64,000 bases of DNA from Phaeosaccion multiseriatum (GCA_965112735.1 OZ218956.1:124001-188000); one strand, 5' to 3'; positions 22,198-36,238 are shown, numbered from the stretch's first letter. The notes: generated from the letters alone by a model not told the origin. Numbers and translations are program-made.

Positions 22198-24877
22198 ATG
22201 GGGGCTGGGGCATCGTTACCCGCAGGACCGGGGGACGCAGGAGGAGGGGGAAGCTCTCAAAAGCATGGGTCCGGGAGCCCGCGGGCCGCCCAACCGGGTA
22301 TCAAGGGAGACATGGACGCGATGAGCACGGGGGAGGAGAACGAGCTGTTGGTGCGTGACGGGAGTAAAGTCAGAGTGCTGACTTCAGGTCATAGATGAGG
22401 CCAGGAAAAGCTCACACCCTTTTTCCCCGGCCTCCTTTCCTCTCCCTCCCCCCCCCCCCCTCTCTCTCTCTCTACCTCCTCTTCGTTCCTGCCCCCCCCC
22501 CTTCCCCACCCCACTTCTCTCTGAATGACCCCTTCTCTCCTGTCTCCCTCCTCTCTTCCTCGCGAGCCCATCCAGCTGGAGGCCTCTCACTTGATGGAGG
22601 GCGACATTCTGCGCATGTTCAACTTCATCGAAGGCGAGGGCTACGACCTCGACTCTAAGCAGGGCGTACTGCACATGCTCAAGAGGTAGGAAGGGAGAAG
22701 CGAGGGGAGTACGTGTACACGCACACACGCACGTACCCAAGTACGCACGCACGGAGAGCTGTCACAGAGCTGGGAAGCGAGGAAGCCTCCAGCAAGCGTC
22801 TCAGCCACGCAATCACACCCCCTCCCTCTCCTGCCCAGCGGCGTCTCATCTCGTTTTTTCCCTCCTCCTCCCCTGTGTGTGGCAGTATTCTCAAGGACAA
22901 GAGTCAGCTGGGGCTGTGCCGCAACATCTTCCTCAAGCACTTTGTCAACCTCGCAGACGGTGGTAAGGCCAGCGACAAGGCGGCCACAGGCGAGGACCAA
23001 GAGGGCAAAGAGAAAGAAGACACTCTCGAGGGCGAAGCCTGGGCCTCCGACGGCAGCGACGAGGACGTGGACGGGCGCTCCATCGTGACGGGCCTTTGGA
23101 ACTTTCTCACTATGGACCGCACACGCCTGATGGGCTTTCTGTTTAGCCTGTACGAGGACGAGGACTTGGGAGGGAAGGGGCTCACCATGCCGCACCTGGA
23201 GTCCTTGGTACGTACGGGTAACATTGTACATGGGATGGATGGCACTGGAAGGTCACAGCTTCACGCACCCCCTGATCTTACTGTGTGCCGTGATACTCAG
23301 AGCCTGCTGGCGCGTTGTAGGACTTCGGCTCACTTGCTTACACCCCTGCCGTAGACTGTCGACGGGTGGCCCTTGTCTCTTGCCTGCTGGTGCGACACTC
23401 ACCCCTTCCCAACTATGCCAAACGATACGCCTTTCTTTAGGTTAAGTGCGTGCAGTCAGGGGCTACTGAGTCGGAACGCGACGCACACATGGAGGTAAGG
23501 CGCTTCACATCGTTGGGATCAATGGAGCTCAAGGCCGGGCCCAAGTGGCACCGCTGAAGCAACAAGGAATGTGCCTTGCCACCCCCCTCCCGTCTGTGGC
23601 GCTCACCCGACTCCTTTCTTCTGTGGTTGCTTTGGGTCTCCCGTCTGTGGCGCTCACCCGACTCCTTTCTTCTGTGGTTGCTTTCGGTTGTGGGTACGTG
23701 CGTGCGTGTGTGCGTGCGTCACAGGTGCTGCGCGAAGCGATGGACGGAGCCCGCTTCCTGAGCTGGGGCACTTTCCGACGCAGCATGAATGTGCAGGGGC
23801 AGGCTGGGGGGGGCAGCAACGGGCTGCTGAGGCCTCTCTACACATCCCAGAGCGCCCTCAGAGACTTCATCCTGGGGGAGGAGTTTTGGAAGAGGAGGCA
23901 GGAAGTGCGGCAGGAGGTGCTCGGGGGAACCGTCATCGTTGGCGACGACCTCAACGAATTCGGGAGGTGAGGGAGAGCACTTGGCAGCAGGGACTGAGAG
24001 CAGCAGGGGAACGAGCGGGGCCGGGAGCGGGGGTAGGGTAGGATCAGCGCAGCATCAGCACGCTTCTCTCTCAGATTAGCAGGAGAGACAGCCAAGGCCG
24101 AATGAAGTGGGGCACTACATGGGGTTTGAGAGAGAGAGAGAGACAGAGCCGATTCCTCTCATCTCAAGAGGGCACCCAAACTCGAGTCCTCTTGTCTTCC
24201 TCCCACACCCGTCCATACATCTCTGAAGCCCCGTTTGTTTGTGTGGTCAACACAGGGACGGAGCGCGAGGGCGCCGGGCGCGGTCGGGTTCCAAGCGCAA
24301 CACCGTACTCACCGTGCCCGACAGCTTGGGCGCCAAGCGGCGGGTCAGCTGCATCAACAAGAAGAGCAGCTTGCACAGCCCCAACAACAGGGCCTCCCTC
24401 GGAGGCTCCCTCAGGGACTCCATCTTCGCAAAGGCAAACGGTAAGGAAGGAAGGAAGGGCGTGCGTGCGTGGGCAGGGGTGGGGGGGGGGGGGGGGTAAA
24501 GTACGACGCTGTGCTGGCGTGTCGGGCCGTTACAGGACCTCCCTGTCCTGCCCTTTGACGTGCGTGCGTGTCTGCGTTATGTGCGTCCGTGTGCAGAAGC
24601 GGGAAACCTTCTCGGGGGCTTGGGCCAGCATCTCCACTTCGGGGGGGGGTCGAGGACAACAAGCTCTGCACGGGACAGCAAAGAGGTGAGGAGGGAGCTG
24701 GTGGTTCATGGTTCATCGGATCTACTCCGTCCAGCCTCTCTGAGGAAGCTGGTGGTTCATCGGATCGACTCCGTCCAGCCTCTCTGCTCTCCCATCTCTC
24801 TCTCTCTCTCTCTCTCTCCCGTCTCCCCTCCATCTTTCTCTCTCCTCTCCTCCCCTCTCTCTCTGTGTGTCTCTTTA

Positions 24878-24918
<41 letters not shown>

Positions 24919-25576
24919 CGCTCTCTCTGTCTGTCTCTTTTCCCCTCTCTAGTCTGGTGCACTCACCCGCACCGCCCTTTGCCTGCCCCTCGCACCATGT
25001 CAGGACCTGATCGAGGCGGTGCCGTTGGTGATACACACCTCGCAATCCAAGACCCCCGGCCACAATAGCGGTAACAGCGGGCGACAAGCCGCCAAGAGCA
25101 TTGTCTTCTCTCTCCCCAGGGGGGAGGCGCTCGTGGCCAACAAGAAAGATAGCCTAGAGGGAAGACAGCAGCAGCAGCGGCAGCAGCAGCAGCGGCAGCA
25201 AGGAGTGGAAGGAGGGCGAGGAGGCGGCGGCGGAGGAGGAGGCAGAGGAAGTGGTGTTGGTGGAGGAGGAGGAGGAGGAGGTCCTGGTGGTCGGGGGGGG
25301 GGAATTGGGCAAGAAGGACTAGCAACGGCGGCAGCAGCGGCGGGGCACAAGGAGCCAGACAGCAGCAGCCCAGACAGAGGCAGACGCAGAAGCAGCCCCA
25401 GCGGCAGCAAGGGTCCCACGCGGGAGCCATCAGGTTCCATCATGACTGCCTACGGCTCCGGTGTCACCTCCCACCTCATGGGGAGGCCCTCGCAGGAAGT
25501 CAGCAGAGACGCACAGCCCAAGGCCAAGGGGGGGGGTGCGATGGAGGCCTCCTCAGCGGGTATCATGGCTAAGTAA
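22198..25576 (+). CDS. Predicted N-myristoylated degenerate EF-hand (calcineurin-B/NCS-like) protein, multi-exon
   Basis: MGAGAS start; DVDGRSIVTGLWNFLT..RLMGFLFSLYEDEDLGGKGLT..HLESL; LLRPLYTSQSALRDFILGEEFWKR; about 8 GT-AG exons; low-complexity tail. Confidence 0.6.
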
Positions 25577-26613
25577 TGCAGACAGAGGACGGGACAGGCT
25601 TGTGTGGTAGCCACGGGAGCGGGTCACAGCTATCACCCCCCGCCCTGCCTCTGTCTTCGTCTCGCCTCTATGACTCTATCATGTTGCTTGCTACGTCGTT
25701 GCTGAGTCTCTCTCGCTACCCACGGTAGTGGGGGGGGGGGCGGGTGTCAGCAAGAGGGAGACAGAGACAGAGACAGAGACAGAGGGAGAGAGAGAGGAGG
25801 GGTGGGAGAGAAAGATGGAGAGGGAGTGTGCTACTAACCAGGTGTGCCTCCCTTTTTGCTCTCCTTAGTTGTTTGTTGACATGTATAGATGGGGAGGGAG
25901 GGAGTCCAACGCGGCATTGCCCGCTTCTTGCCTTCCTCTTGGAGGAACGAGAGAGTGCCACGCGCGGCAAGGACCCGCTGGCCTGGCCATGTGATGAAAG
26001 AGCTACTACTACTCGACGGAGGTAGCAAGAGCAAGAGCAAGAGGAGAGCGGCGCTCACCACAAGTGGGGCAGTGGCCACTGCACCACACACTTGCGCAGT
26101 ACATACAATGCATGACACATAATAATTGGTACAGTATCACTAGGATAGTAATTGATTGGGCTAGAGGCAGAGGCAGAGGCAGAGGCAGAGGCTGGTTGTG
26201 GGCGAGTATGGTACAAGTTTTCATGTGTACATCACGCATCGCTGCAAAGCAAAGCTATGGCCGGTGTGGCTGGGCTCTATACATCTTTCTTTCGCCCTTC
26301 TCGGCGAGAACACTGCCCAACCAATAGTACATGCATACCCAACCAATAGTACATGCATACCCAAAAAAAAAAATCCAAGTATGGCATTCGGGACGGCAGC
26401 ACAGTCGGGCAGGGCAGAGCAGGGAATCCTCTATGCCCCTCTGTGCCACCCCTCCACCGCTTAGGTGATTCCTATTAAGTCAATAAAGTCCCCTCCACCG
26501 CCTGTCGTGTCTCGTCTGTGCACAACATGAAGTACGCTCCAGAGACCGCACAAAGCCCCCCCTCTCCTCCTCCTCCTCCTCCTCCTCCTCCCCCTGGTCC
26601 CCCTGCTTGGGCC

Positions 26614-28303
26614 CTACCCACACCCCCCAAGCCCTCCGCCTCCCTCCCCCCCCTGCACCCCCCAGTGGCGGGCCGTGGATGCATCCAAGTGGCCTAGGGC
26701 GGCACACCCCAGCACCACCTCGTCAAGGTCCTTGTCCTCTCTGGCCTCAATCACAAAGCCCACTCGCACCTCCATAGAGGGGAAGCGCGGCTGCAGCTGC
26801 TGCATGCCCTTCCTGGCGAGGTAGGCCCAGTGCCGCATGTTCACGTCCATCTCCATGTACGTTACATCTGAAACCTTTTTCATCGCCCCTCCTCCCCCGC
26901 CAGCAGTTGGTGATACAGCAGCAGCATCAGGGAGGAACACGGAGGTGCAGCCCTTGTAGAGAGAGCCGCTCTTGGTGATGAGGCAGGGCTTGCCGTTGTA
27001 TGAGTCGAACATGGAGGGGAGGCCCAGCGCAGGCAGGTTGACACAAGAGCCTGATGGGGGAGGGGGGGACACGTGGCGCCGAGATTATATTTCGTGTTGG
27101 GCGTGGGCATGCTTCCAGTGAGGCACGAGGGAGGCACAGGGGAGAGAGGGTATGACAGAGACAGCAGCCACTATGACAAGGCCAGCAGCCACTCACTCAC
27201 CGATGATCTTGAGCCTGTGCCTCATCTTGGGGTCTGCCACTGCCGCCGCACAGTACTCCACGAGCAGCCGGACGCCGGGGGGCGCGCTGTCCAGGGCCCG
27301 GAGGTGAGCGATGGTTTCGGCCGTCAAGCAGAAATACATGACACAGTGCTGGGGAGGGCATTAGGGGGGGCATATGGTGAGGCATAAGGGGAAGGCGACC
27401 GGGCAGGCAGGAGGAGGGAGGGAGGGCGTTCAGTGGTAAGTAAGCTTCTGGTGTACAAGGTGTACAATCGGCGGCGCAACATGGGGGAAGGAAGTAACAT
27501 CCTTGCCGACATTCTGCAAAGAGAGCCGCCGCCCCCCACCCCTCACCCCTTACCAGTGTAGGGCCGTCAGTGGCGGGCCTCATGAGGCTGGGCGCCTCCT
27601 GCGGCAGTTGGCAGTTTACCACGAAGAGCGTGGGCACGTCGGGGTGCGGCGACTGCAGCAGGGCGCCCTCCGCTCCCATGCCTATCCGGACTTGGTCTAC
27701 GATGTGGTCCATTTTGCAGGGCTTCTCTCCGTGGAACAGATCCACCGTGAGTAGCTCGTACAGGGCCGCACCAGAAGGGGCCTTTGCTCCTGGGGTACAT
27801 GCGTGAGACAAGTACATGGAACGTGGAGTGTAAGGTCCCCGCATGTGCGAACGAGCGACAAGCCCCTACCCTGCAGCATGTACCGTCTCCATCCACCTCA
27901 GAAACCCCCTCCCCGTCCCTCTCTGGGCAACAGCAAAGTAGAAAGCAGCAGCCTGCTAACGGGACACACCTGTCTTGGCGTAATTCGGACCCTGTCGGAC
28001 GTTAAACGCATCCGCAGAGAGGTGGCTCCACCCCTTCCTAACCGCGCCGACGTTGTTGCTGCTGCCGTTCTCGGCGGCTCCCATCCCCATTCGCTTGCTG
28101 CTCCTTCTTCGACTGAAGCTGCTCCTAATGCTGCCGCCTAAACTCCTGCTGCTTCCGCTGCTACCCTCTTCCCCCCTGCCCTCGTCTTCGACCCCTCCCA
28201 CATCGAGAGCGGGAGGGGAATCATCGACTGCAGTGGCGCTCTCTATGCTGCTGCCTGCCCACGGTATCCGCTCCTCGTCCTTGGTGAAGACGAGCGAAGT
28301 CAT
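26614..28303 (-). CDS. EDR2 C-terminal (DUF1336) domain protein; 5' end uncertain
   Basis: GWS....AFNVRQGPNYAKTG, KAPSGAALYELLTVDLF, FVVNCQLP, YNGKPCLI, YMEMDVNM, VGFVIEAREDKDLDEVVLGC. Confidence 0.85.
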
Positions 28304-28866
28304 TCTAGCGTTTCTCAAATCATCGCTTCGTCGTTAAATATGGGCCGTTGGGAGCGGTAAAGGTGGCTACCTTCACGAGAATACTTGGCCCTGTGCAGCA
28401 CAGGACCAATGGCACGCTCGCTTGCACCTACAGGGAATGCCCTCCCCTCCTCAACGGCAATCGGCGGGCAATCGGTGCTATTACGGCCTCTATGCCTCTA
28501 AATGAGTTTGAGTTCATTATTTCCGCGCCATCGCGTCGTCTTGAACGGCCCATGTGAGAGCGGTAAGCATGGCCCAGCCAGTCACCCCCCCCCACAGTGG
28601 CTTCTCTGATCTCTGGTCTGCCTATTGTATCGTATCTGGTGTGGGGTGTGGGCCCCTCGTGTTGTCGTGTAGTACCTCCCTCTCTGTTCCTCTGGCGCTC
28701 CTCGCATCTCGGGCTGCCAAAGCAAAGCCCAAAGAAGCAAAAGCAACGCACCAAGGAGCCAAAGCCGACCGCTGTGTGCCCTGTCTAGAGCTCACCCCTC
28801 CACGCGGGTCTTGCTCAGTTGAGGAGCCCGGCTCTTGTTGACATCATCATCAAGTATCGGTAACGC

Positions 28867-29803
28867 TCATGGAGGAGTGCTGGGCATCGGCACCATTCCT
28901 TGTGGGCTGGACGCTTGCTCTGACGGTAGTGGCAGCAATTCCCCCTCCCCCTCTCCATTAGCTCGCGCGGAGGAGGGAGAGGAGGAGCGTCGGCCTGGCA
29001 CAGATAGCTTGGGCATGCTCCTGGGCATCCCCTTGGGCATCCCCTTGGGCATCCCCTTGGGCATCCCCTTTGGCAGGCTCGAGGACACCGATGACATGCC
29101 CTTGGAGGTCGCTGCCCGGACCTGCGATACACCCTTGGCCATCTGTGAGTCCAGGAGAGGGGATGGCAGTGGATGGCGGGGGAGGGAGGGCGTAGGGAGG
29201 GCAAGTGCAAGGTGAGCACGGTGGGGAAACAGCGGTCTGCTCCACTCGCTCTGCTCTGTATCACCAACTGCTCTGCTCTGCTGACGCTCTACGCACTCAC
29301 ATTGGCCATGCCCATGCTCGGCACCCCCTTGGGCACCTTGCCCGCAAGTTTTCGCGTGGACTCGGAAACCGAGGAGGCCCACTTGCTCGTCCGCCTGGCC
29401 GCAGGACCCCCCCCCGGGGTGGACGGGCTCCCACTCCCACTCTCTGCCTCTGCTTCTTCTTCGAGGGGGGCTGCTTCTGCAGTCGCACTCGGAAATGCTT
29501 CTGCAGTCGCACTCGGAAATTGAAATGTGTCCACGGAAACCTTTTCCCCTTCCCCCTGCTGCCTGGGCTCCGTTTCAAGAGAGGCGGCGGCTGAAGAGGG
29601 CTCTGCAGGCTCCCAACCCTCCTCACTGGGCTCTTTCGTCTGCCCTCCAACCCTTTGCCCCTCATATGAGCTCTCCTGCTCCTCTTCCTCCTGCTCCTCC
29701 TCCTCCTCCTCCTCCTCCTCCCCCTCCTCCTCCTCCTCCCCCCCCCCTCCTCCTCCTCCTCCTCCTCCTCCTCCTCCTCCGCTGTGTTGTTCACTACTCG
29801 ATC

Positions 29804-29847
<44 letters not shown>

Positions 29848-30689
29848 GCTGCTGCTGCAAAAGAGAGAGACAGAGCGAGCATGGATTCGAGGGGCGGGGG
29901 CAGCACGGTGAGGGGTGGAAGTGCGGGGCATCGGAGCAAGCCTTTCGTCCCAGGGGGACACAGGCCGAAGTGAACTCAGCAAGGGCAGCCATGTGGGGGA
30001 GGGGGAGGAGGGGCTCGGCCGACCTGACCCCGAGTAAAGAGTAACCGAACGAAGGGATGATTCCCTTCCTCGCAGCAGGAAAACGTCACTGACAGAAGCC
30101 ATGCCCTGAACCATTGCTTTCCCAATCACCTCCGGCGCCGTGCTGCCCTCTCGGTGGCCTTCCTCGCTCTCCTCCCTCTCCCGTTCCTCCTTTCCCTCTT
30201 CTCTGGCGACCGAAGGTTGCCCAGGGCTCTCCCTAGACACCGGAGGATTGTCCGTGGGCGTGGACGGACAAGCACCGTCGTCACCACCAGCCTTCGCCAC
30301 AACGGCACCGCCTCCCGAAGAGGGCAGCGAGGGCTTCGAAGCACCTTCACTCGAACTAATCGCACCACTCCTACCTTCCCCGGCAGTCCCTCTGGCAGCC
30401 AAAGACCCAGGCCCGGCGCTCGGTCTGCCCACAGCAGCCCGAGAGGGGGAAGGGGCGGATGCCTTGGCGGGGGGGCCCATGACCTGCATCAGAGTCGACC
30501 CCAGTGCCGCCCCAGCTGCAGAAACCGGCGACAGGAAGGAAGAGCGCTTCGATGAGGTCGAGGCGGGGGAGGGGCTCAGGCTCGAAATAGAAGCAGGACC
30601 GTCTGTGTTCACGAGGAGGATCTCCCCGCCCCCCGGGGTGTCACTCCCTCCCTTATCCCCTGAGTGGCTCCTCTGGCTACTCCCCGCCT

Positions 30690-30732
<43 letters not shown>

Positions 30733-32121
30733 TGGTGGTACAGCAGCAGCAGCGGCCACTGAAGGCGCTGGGGGGGGGCGTTGCGGCCTGCTCTGTGCCG
30801 CGGCAGAGGGCGGCAGTTTGGAGCCCAGGTTGGTGTCCGCTTTGGTGTTGTCTTGCGAGAGGAAGCTCGCGAGCTCGGGCCGGCAGCGCAGAGAGGCATC
30901 CTCCATGACCGCATCGAGGAAGGCCTGCACCTTGCGGCGCCGCTTCGCCAGGTGCGCGGGGTCGAAGCTGCGGCGGTACGAGTACGGTAGGGTGGGGAGG
31001 ACTGGCGCAGACGCACCGCCGCCGCTGAGCGTGCTACTGCTACTGGTGGTAGGAGTGCTGCCTCCTTCTGAGGGGTTCGCGGGGAGGGGAGGGAGGGGGT
31101 TGGTGGTCACTTCTCAGTGCGGAGAGCAGAGCTCTTGTGGAGTTCGAGACTAAGGTAAGGACGCCTCCCAAGTCTCGCGCTCTCTCCCTTCCTCCCTCTC
31201 TCTCTCTCTCTCTAGTAAGCACGAACACCACGCGCCCGCCTGCAACTGTCTACAGAAGATGTTAATAGATGCACTGACTGTTCCTTGTACACGCAGCCCT
31301 TGCTCGGCCTTACCGTGCGTGTCGAACTTTAGCAGCGCCGTTCTGAGCTTGGAGAAGGCGGTCATGCGGTGCCACGAGTCCCATCTCTGCCCCCCCCTGT
31401 TCATGCACGTCACGCGGTACACAGCGTAGCGCCCCTCCACCACTCGAGTGTCACCCACTGTCACCTGAGGGAGGGAGGGGGGGAGGTAGGTTGGAGAGAA
31501 TCCTCCTTGGAGCAAGTGCTTGCATTCATGGGGCTCGATCGAATCGAGACAGACAAAGATGGTGCTACGCCTCTTCTCCTTACCTGTACTCCGTCTAGAC
31601 TCCGCTTTTTGCTGAGGCGGCGGCGTAGGGACGGGGGTGGCGGCGACGGGGACCGAACAACAGATGGCGGGCAAGCGCTGGAAGCAGCAGCAGCAGCAGC
31701 AGCAGCAGCAGAGGCAGTGGTAGATTCTCCGCCTTCATCGTCCACCGCTGCTGTTGCTGCTGCTGCTGCTCCTACCACAGCTCGGCTTGATGAGGGTTCT
31801 GGAGGGGGCGGCCGTGGCAGCAGCCAGGCCTCTAGAGATGCTGTGTCCAGCCCCAGGGACTTGCGCGCCACTCGCAGAAGAGCCTCCACCGCTCTACACA
31901 GGCACAGTGGAGGGGGTAGGAAGATGAGTGGAGGGGCTTGGTGAGGCGGAGAGTATGGGAGGGTAGAGCGAGGAGAGAAGGTAGCACTCTGTGCGCCCTC
32001 ACCTCATCCCCACGCTGACGCCCTCCTCGCTGTCCTCGCCCCCCTTGAGGGCCTCTCGCGCAAAGACGACTCCCAGCATGCAGCACATCCAGCACACCGC
32101 TGCAGAAAGGGCTGCACCCAT
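28867..32121 (-). CDS. PX-domain protein with long disordered tail
   Basis: MGAALSAAVCWMCC start; YAVYRVTC...WDSWHRMTAFSKLRTAL...PTLP..RRSFDPAHLAKRRRKVQAFLDAV..ELASFL; tail carries PKGM and FPSATAEA repeats. Confidence 0.8.
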
Positions 32122-32967
32122 CTCCTCCCTATTCTTCGCTTCCTCTGAAGAGGGGTTTCTTCGTTGGGAGTAGAAAAGAGGACAGAAGCTCGGTCTCTAC
32201 ACTCTCCTCAACGGGGAAATGTAGAGGGAGGGGATGGAAGGAAGGAGAGCAGCGACCGAAGCTTCTTCTTGGTCGTGGTGCGCATCCTTCACAGGCTAAA
32301 GGGGCGGGGCGCAGCGCGAGGCAGGCAGGCAGTCACAGATGGCAAGTTGTATGCAGAACGGGCGAGGTCGGGCTCAGCTCCAGCGGGCCCGACACGAACG
32401 CTCCGACACGATCCTTGCTGGTATCAACTTTGTGCCGATGGGGAGAACTGACGAGTCGGAGGGATACGACCTCGGGGGCTAAGTTCCCCGGGGCGGCGGT
32501 GAGACATTACTTTTAGACAATATAGATGGCACACTAATAAGACCATAGGCCATGCCGGATGACAGGCGATGCCACTTGGATTCGGAGTACGTTGTGATAG
32601 TGTACCTTTATTTCTAAAGAAAAAATAGCGCTAGGATAGCCCCACTACTTCCACACCGGTCCAGCTCGTAAAGGCCGTTTCGGTGCCATTTGTAACTGCG
32701 TGTATGCCATTTGGAGCTACGTATATGACTCTTACGTACATACGTAGCCCGAGTTAGGTCTCCTCGAGAGCCCACCCTCTCCCCTGCGGACAGGCAATGA
32801 TAAATAACCCCCTCCCTCCTCCCTCCCGCAAGGGATTGAGGAGGCCGAAGCGTGCCCTCTGTCCAAAATCGGGCCGGAGATGCGCTAGCACATCAGCACA
32901 TCAAGATTTACACCCCCTGCGGCCTTTAACAGCCCGGACTCTAGTAACCTCCCACGCTGTGAATGAA

Positions 32968-35900
32968 TCAGTCAGTGAAGAAGTCGTAGCCGGAGCAGTG
33001 GTCCCACTCGAAAGCGTCGTACATGTACGGCAGGTCGTCGCTGGAAGGATGTATCCAGGCCAGCAGCTCGGCGTTGGTGAAGCTGCTCGGCTCCTCGGCC
33101 CCGATGCGCATCAAGGAGAAGGGCAGGTTGTCGTCCTCGTTGTGCCCGAAGCATACCTCCTCGACGCAGTCGGGAAGGTCCGTGGGCCCCGTGGCGTCGC
33201 TCCAGTCGCACACGCACAGCATCTCTCCTGCCGTCTCGCCGGTGGTGTACCCCCACGTCCAGTCCATGGGGAGGTTGACACCCTCGCCCTCCCCCCTCTC
33301 ACTCACTAGCCTCCTCCAGTCGAGGAAGCGCTCCATGGAGGGGTGGATGACCCAAAAGATGGGGTCTGCGGGAGCGGCACTCGTGAACATGTCCCCCACG
33401 CTGCCAACGTCACAGAAGCCCGCCAGCAGCTCCGAATACAGCGCCTCCTGCTCCTCCTCAGCGAAGCCGCTGAAGATGTACGTGCCGTCTTCGGTCTGCT
33501 CCACGTAATCTCCGAAGCCCTGGGCCACCCACTCGAAGATGCTTGTGTCCACGAGCACGTCGTACGCGGTGAGTCCGTTGGCCTGAGCAAGTAGAAGCAC
33601 ATGGGCATGGAGCGTGAGTCGAGGGCGTGATCTTCACAAGAGCAGCAGCGAGGCGGGTAGAGGGGAGGGGAGTAGAGCTTAGCAACGTCAGGCAAGCCAG
33701 CAGGCCAGGCAAGCCAGGCTCAGAGACAGGCCAAGACAGGCGTGCCCCAACAGGCTCCAAGGTATTCCCCTCCTCCTCCCTCCCTCCCTCCTCGCCCCTA
33801 CCTTATAAATTTCCTCTGGACAGGAGGTCATACACAAGTCCTTATCTTGGAAGCCCGAGCAGTCCTCAGGGAAGCGCAGGAAGCCCTGCCTCCACAGCAC
33901 CTTGGCCATGAGCGGCAGGAAGCCTCTGAAGCCCCACGTCACCTCACTCTGCTCGAGTAGACCGTGCGTCTTCTGCCCCCAGGCGCCCCCGATCTGGATA
34001 TGCACGGGCCCGTGCGTCCCCCCGTTAAGTGCCACGTTAAGGTCAGCGAGACTGTCTTCCATAAAGGCGGCGTGGAGGGTGGAGCAGGAGGGGGTGGTGA
34101 AGGCGTCGACGGTGCTGACTCGGTTGTGGCGGGTCACATACGGGGTTGGGTCGAGGTTCCAGGGGGAGCGCTGCAAGCCGTACGGGTTGTGCACAGAGTC
34201 CTTTGCCGTGTCCTGATCGTCGGATTGTGAGAGTGAGAGGCGATTTGGACAGTCAGTCAGCCAATCAGTCAGTCAGTCAGTCAGTCAGTCAGTCAGTCAG
34301 TCAGTCAGTCAGTCAGTCAGTCAGTCAGTCAGTGAGTCAGTCAGTCAGTCAGTGAGTCAGTCAGTCAGGCAGTCAGTCAGTCAGTCAGTCAGTCAGTCAG
34401 TCAGTCAGTCAGTCAGTCAGTCAGTCAGTCAGTCAGTCAGTCAGTCAGTCAGTCAGTCAGTCAGTCAGTCAGTGAGTCAGTCAGTCAGTGAGTGAGTCAG
34501 TGAGTCAGGCAGTCAGTCAGTCAGTCAGTCAGTCAATGAGCTGCTCGTTGTCCATTATCCGAGGAGGGAGTGTGTGATGGACGCGGCCAGGGCCTCCGAG
34601 CAGCCTCGGCCCACTCTCCCCACTCTCCAGCTCTCCAAGGGTCAGTAAAGCGAGGGAGACACGACGCACGACACACTTGACCCCGGCTCGGAACCGACCA
34701 ACACCCAACGCTACCCTTGGCCTCCCTCACCTTCTGCACGGGTGTGTAGGCCCACCGGCCGCTGGTGACGGTGTGCAGCCCATTGCCAGGGGCCATGCAG
34801 CCGAACCAGTCCTCCCCGAATATAGGGGACTCGGCCAGCTCGTCCGTGAGGCCGCCCAGCGCCTCCGAGTCCATTGTGTACTCCCAATAGGGCACAGACA
34901 CAGAGGGGTCCACCACCTGCAGGGCTTGCTCGAACTGAGGGGAGAGGAGGAAAGGAAGGGGGGACAGACAGACAGACAGACAGACGTGTTGACACAAAGT
35001 AAAGTTGGATGTAATTGAGGCAAAAGTAACACACATCACTTGCGATGCTCCCTGTAAGGCTCGCCACTCACCTCGAGCGTGAAGCCGATGTGGTGCGTGG
35101 CGATGCCTGCATTGTCGTGCCAGTGGTCGCAGTCCAAGGTGCCGGCGCCCTTCAGGTGCATGTCCATGAAATAGTCGTTGCCCTTGTACTCCTCGCCGTA
35201 CAGCAGCTTCCCCGCCGAGGTGGGTAGGCGGTACATGACCTCAATAGCGTCCAGAAAGCTCCCCCTGTCCTCCGCCGTGAGGTCGCGGATCTCTCTGCGA
35301 ACGTACTTGACCATGACGCTCCTGAGGCTGGCCTGCTCCTGCCGCTGCCCCGACGCGTCCAGGTAGCTTCTCCTCAACGCAACGTCGAAGCGGCCCACGG
35401 AGGTGTATGTGTACGATGCCGAGCGGCCGTGGGCGGTGCTGCCATCGTGGAAGGTCCAGAGAAAGTGCTCTTCGCTGCTGCTGCTGCTGCTGCTGGCGAG
35501 CGCCTCGTCTCTTTCCCCGTCCTCTTTGGTCTGCTGGCCTGTGCAGGTGCAGCTGTTGCAGGTGGCGGTGAAGGTGGTGGCCTTGTACGGCTCCGCGAGG
35601 TAACCGCCCCACTCGGAAGCGTACTTGCGTGGCCAGGTGATGGGCGTAACAGCGGTGTAGGCGTTCTCCGTGGTGAAGTCGAGCACAGGGGCGTTGTCAG
35701 AGGTGGCCGCGTCTGTCTTGGCAACGAGGCCGTCTGTCTCATGCTTCCCAGGCAGGTCGGCAAAGGGGTGGGTTGCGTGCTGTCGTGCAGTGGGCTTGTA
35801 CTGCTGATGCGGGCGCTGCTGCTTGTACTTCTTGCGGCCAGTGCCAGCAGCGGTGGTCGAATGAGAGGAAGTGTGCTTCTTTTCCCACGCCGCCGCCGCC

Positions 35901-36238
35901 GCCGCAGCTGCAGTGATCTCGCTCAGAGGATCCCCCTCCGTCGCTTCTCCCGCTGCGGCCAGATCGGCGGACGGCACCGTCACCGGGTCGGCGAGCACAT
36001 CCTGCTGACCCCCACCGTTGTTGATCACCAGGACCACCGCACTCACGCACAACAGCACGAGACTTGCCGCGGCTGTTCGCGCCCGATTTCGCTTCTTACC
36101 CCGCTGCCCTCCACCCTCAGCGGCCCCTTCTCCTGCCCTCCCACTGCTCTCTCTGCTGTTCGTCGTAGCAGGCACGCCTGGTGGCCGGGTCTGTCTGCCG
36201 GGCCAGACAGGCAAAGTTGCCCCGTACGTCGGCGCCAT
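32968..36238 (-). CDS. Tyrosinase A1: type-3 copper protein with N-terminal membrane anchor and PKD-like domain (exons 36238-35072, 34934-34731, 34212-33802, 33582-32968)
   Basis: CuA: MHLKG..CDHWHDNAGIATHH..FEQALQ.VDP..SVPYW; CuB: THGPVHIQIGG ... AAPADPIFWVIHPSMER; PKD-like FLWTFHDGSTAHG.SASYTY..VGRF; TM SLVLLCVSAVVLVI. Confidence 0.92.
34251..34535. repeat. (GTCA)n microsatellite in tyrosinase A1 intron 2
   Basis: About 70 tetramer units with GTGA/GGCA variants. Confidence 0.97.

Noticed and set aside
26614-32121. Single PX + EDR2-C fusion gene
   Set aside because: The PX reading frame stops at 28867 with no convincing donor before it; treated as two genes pending RNA data.
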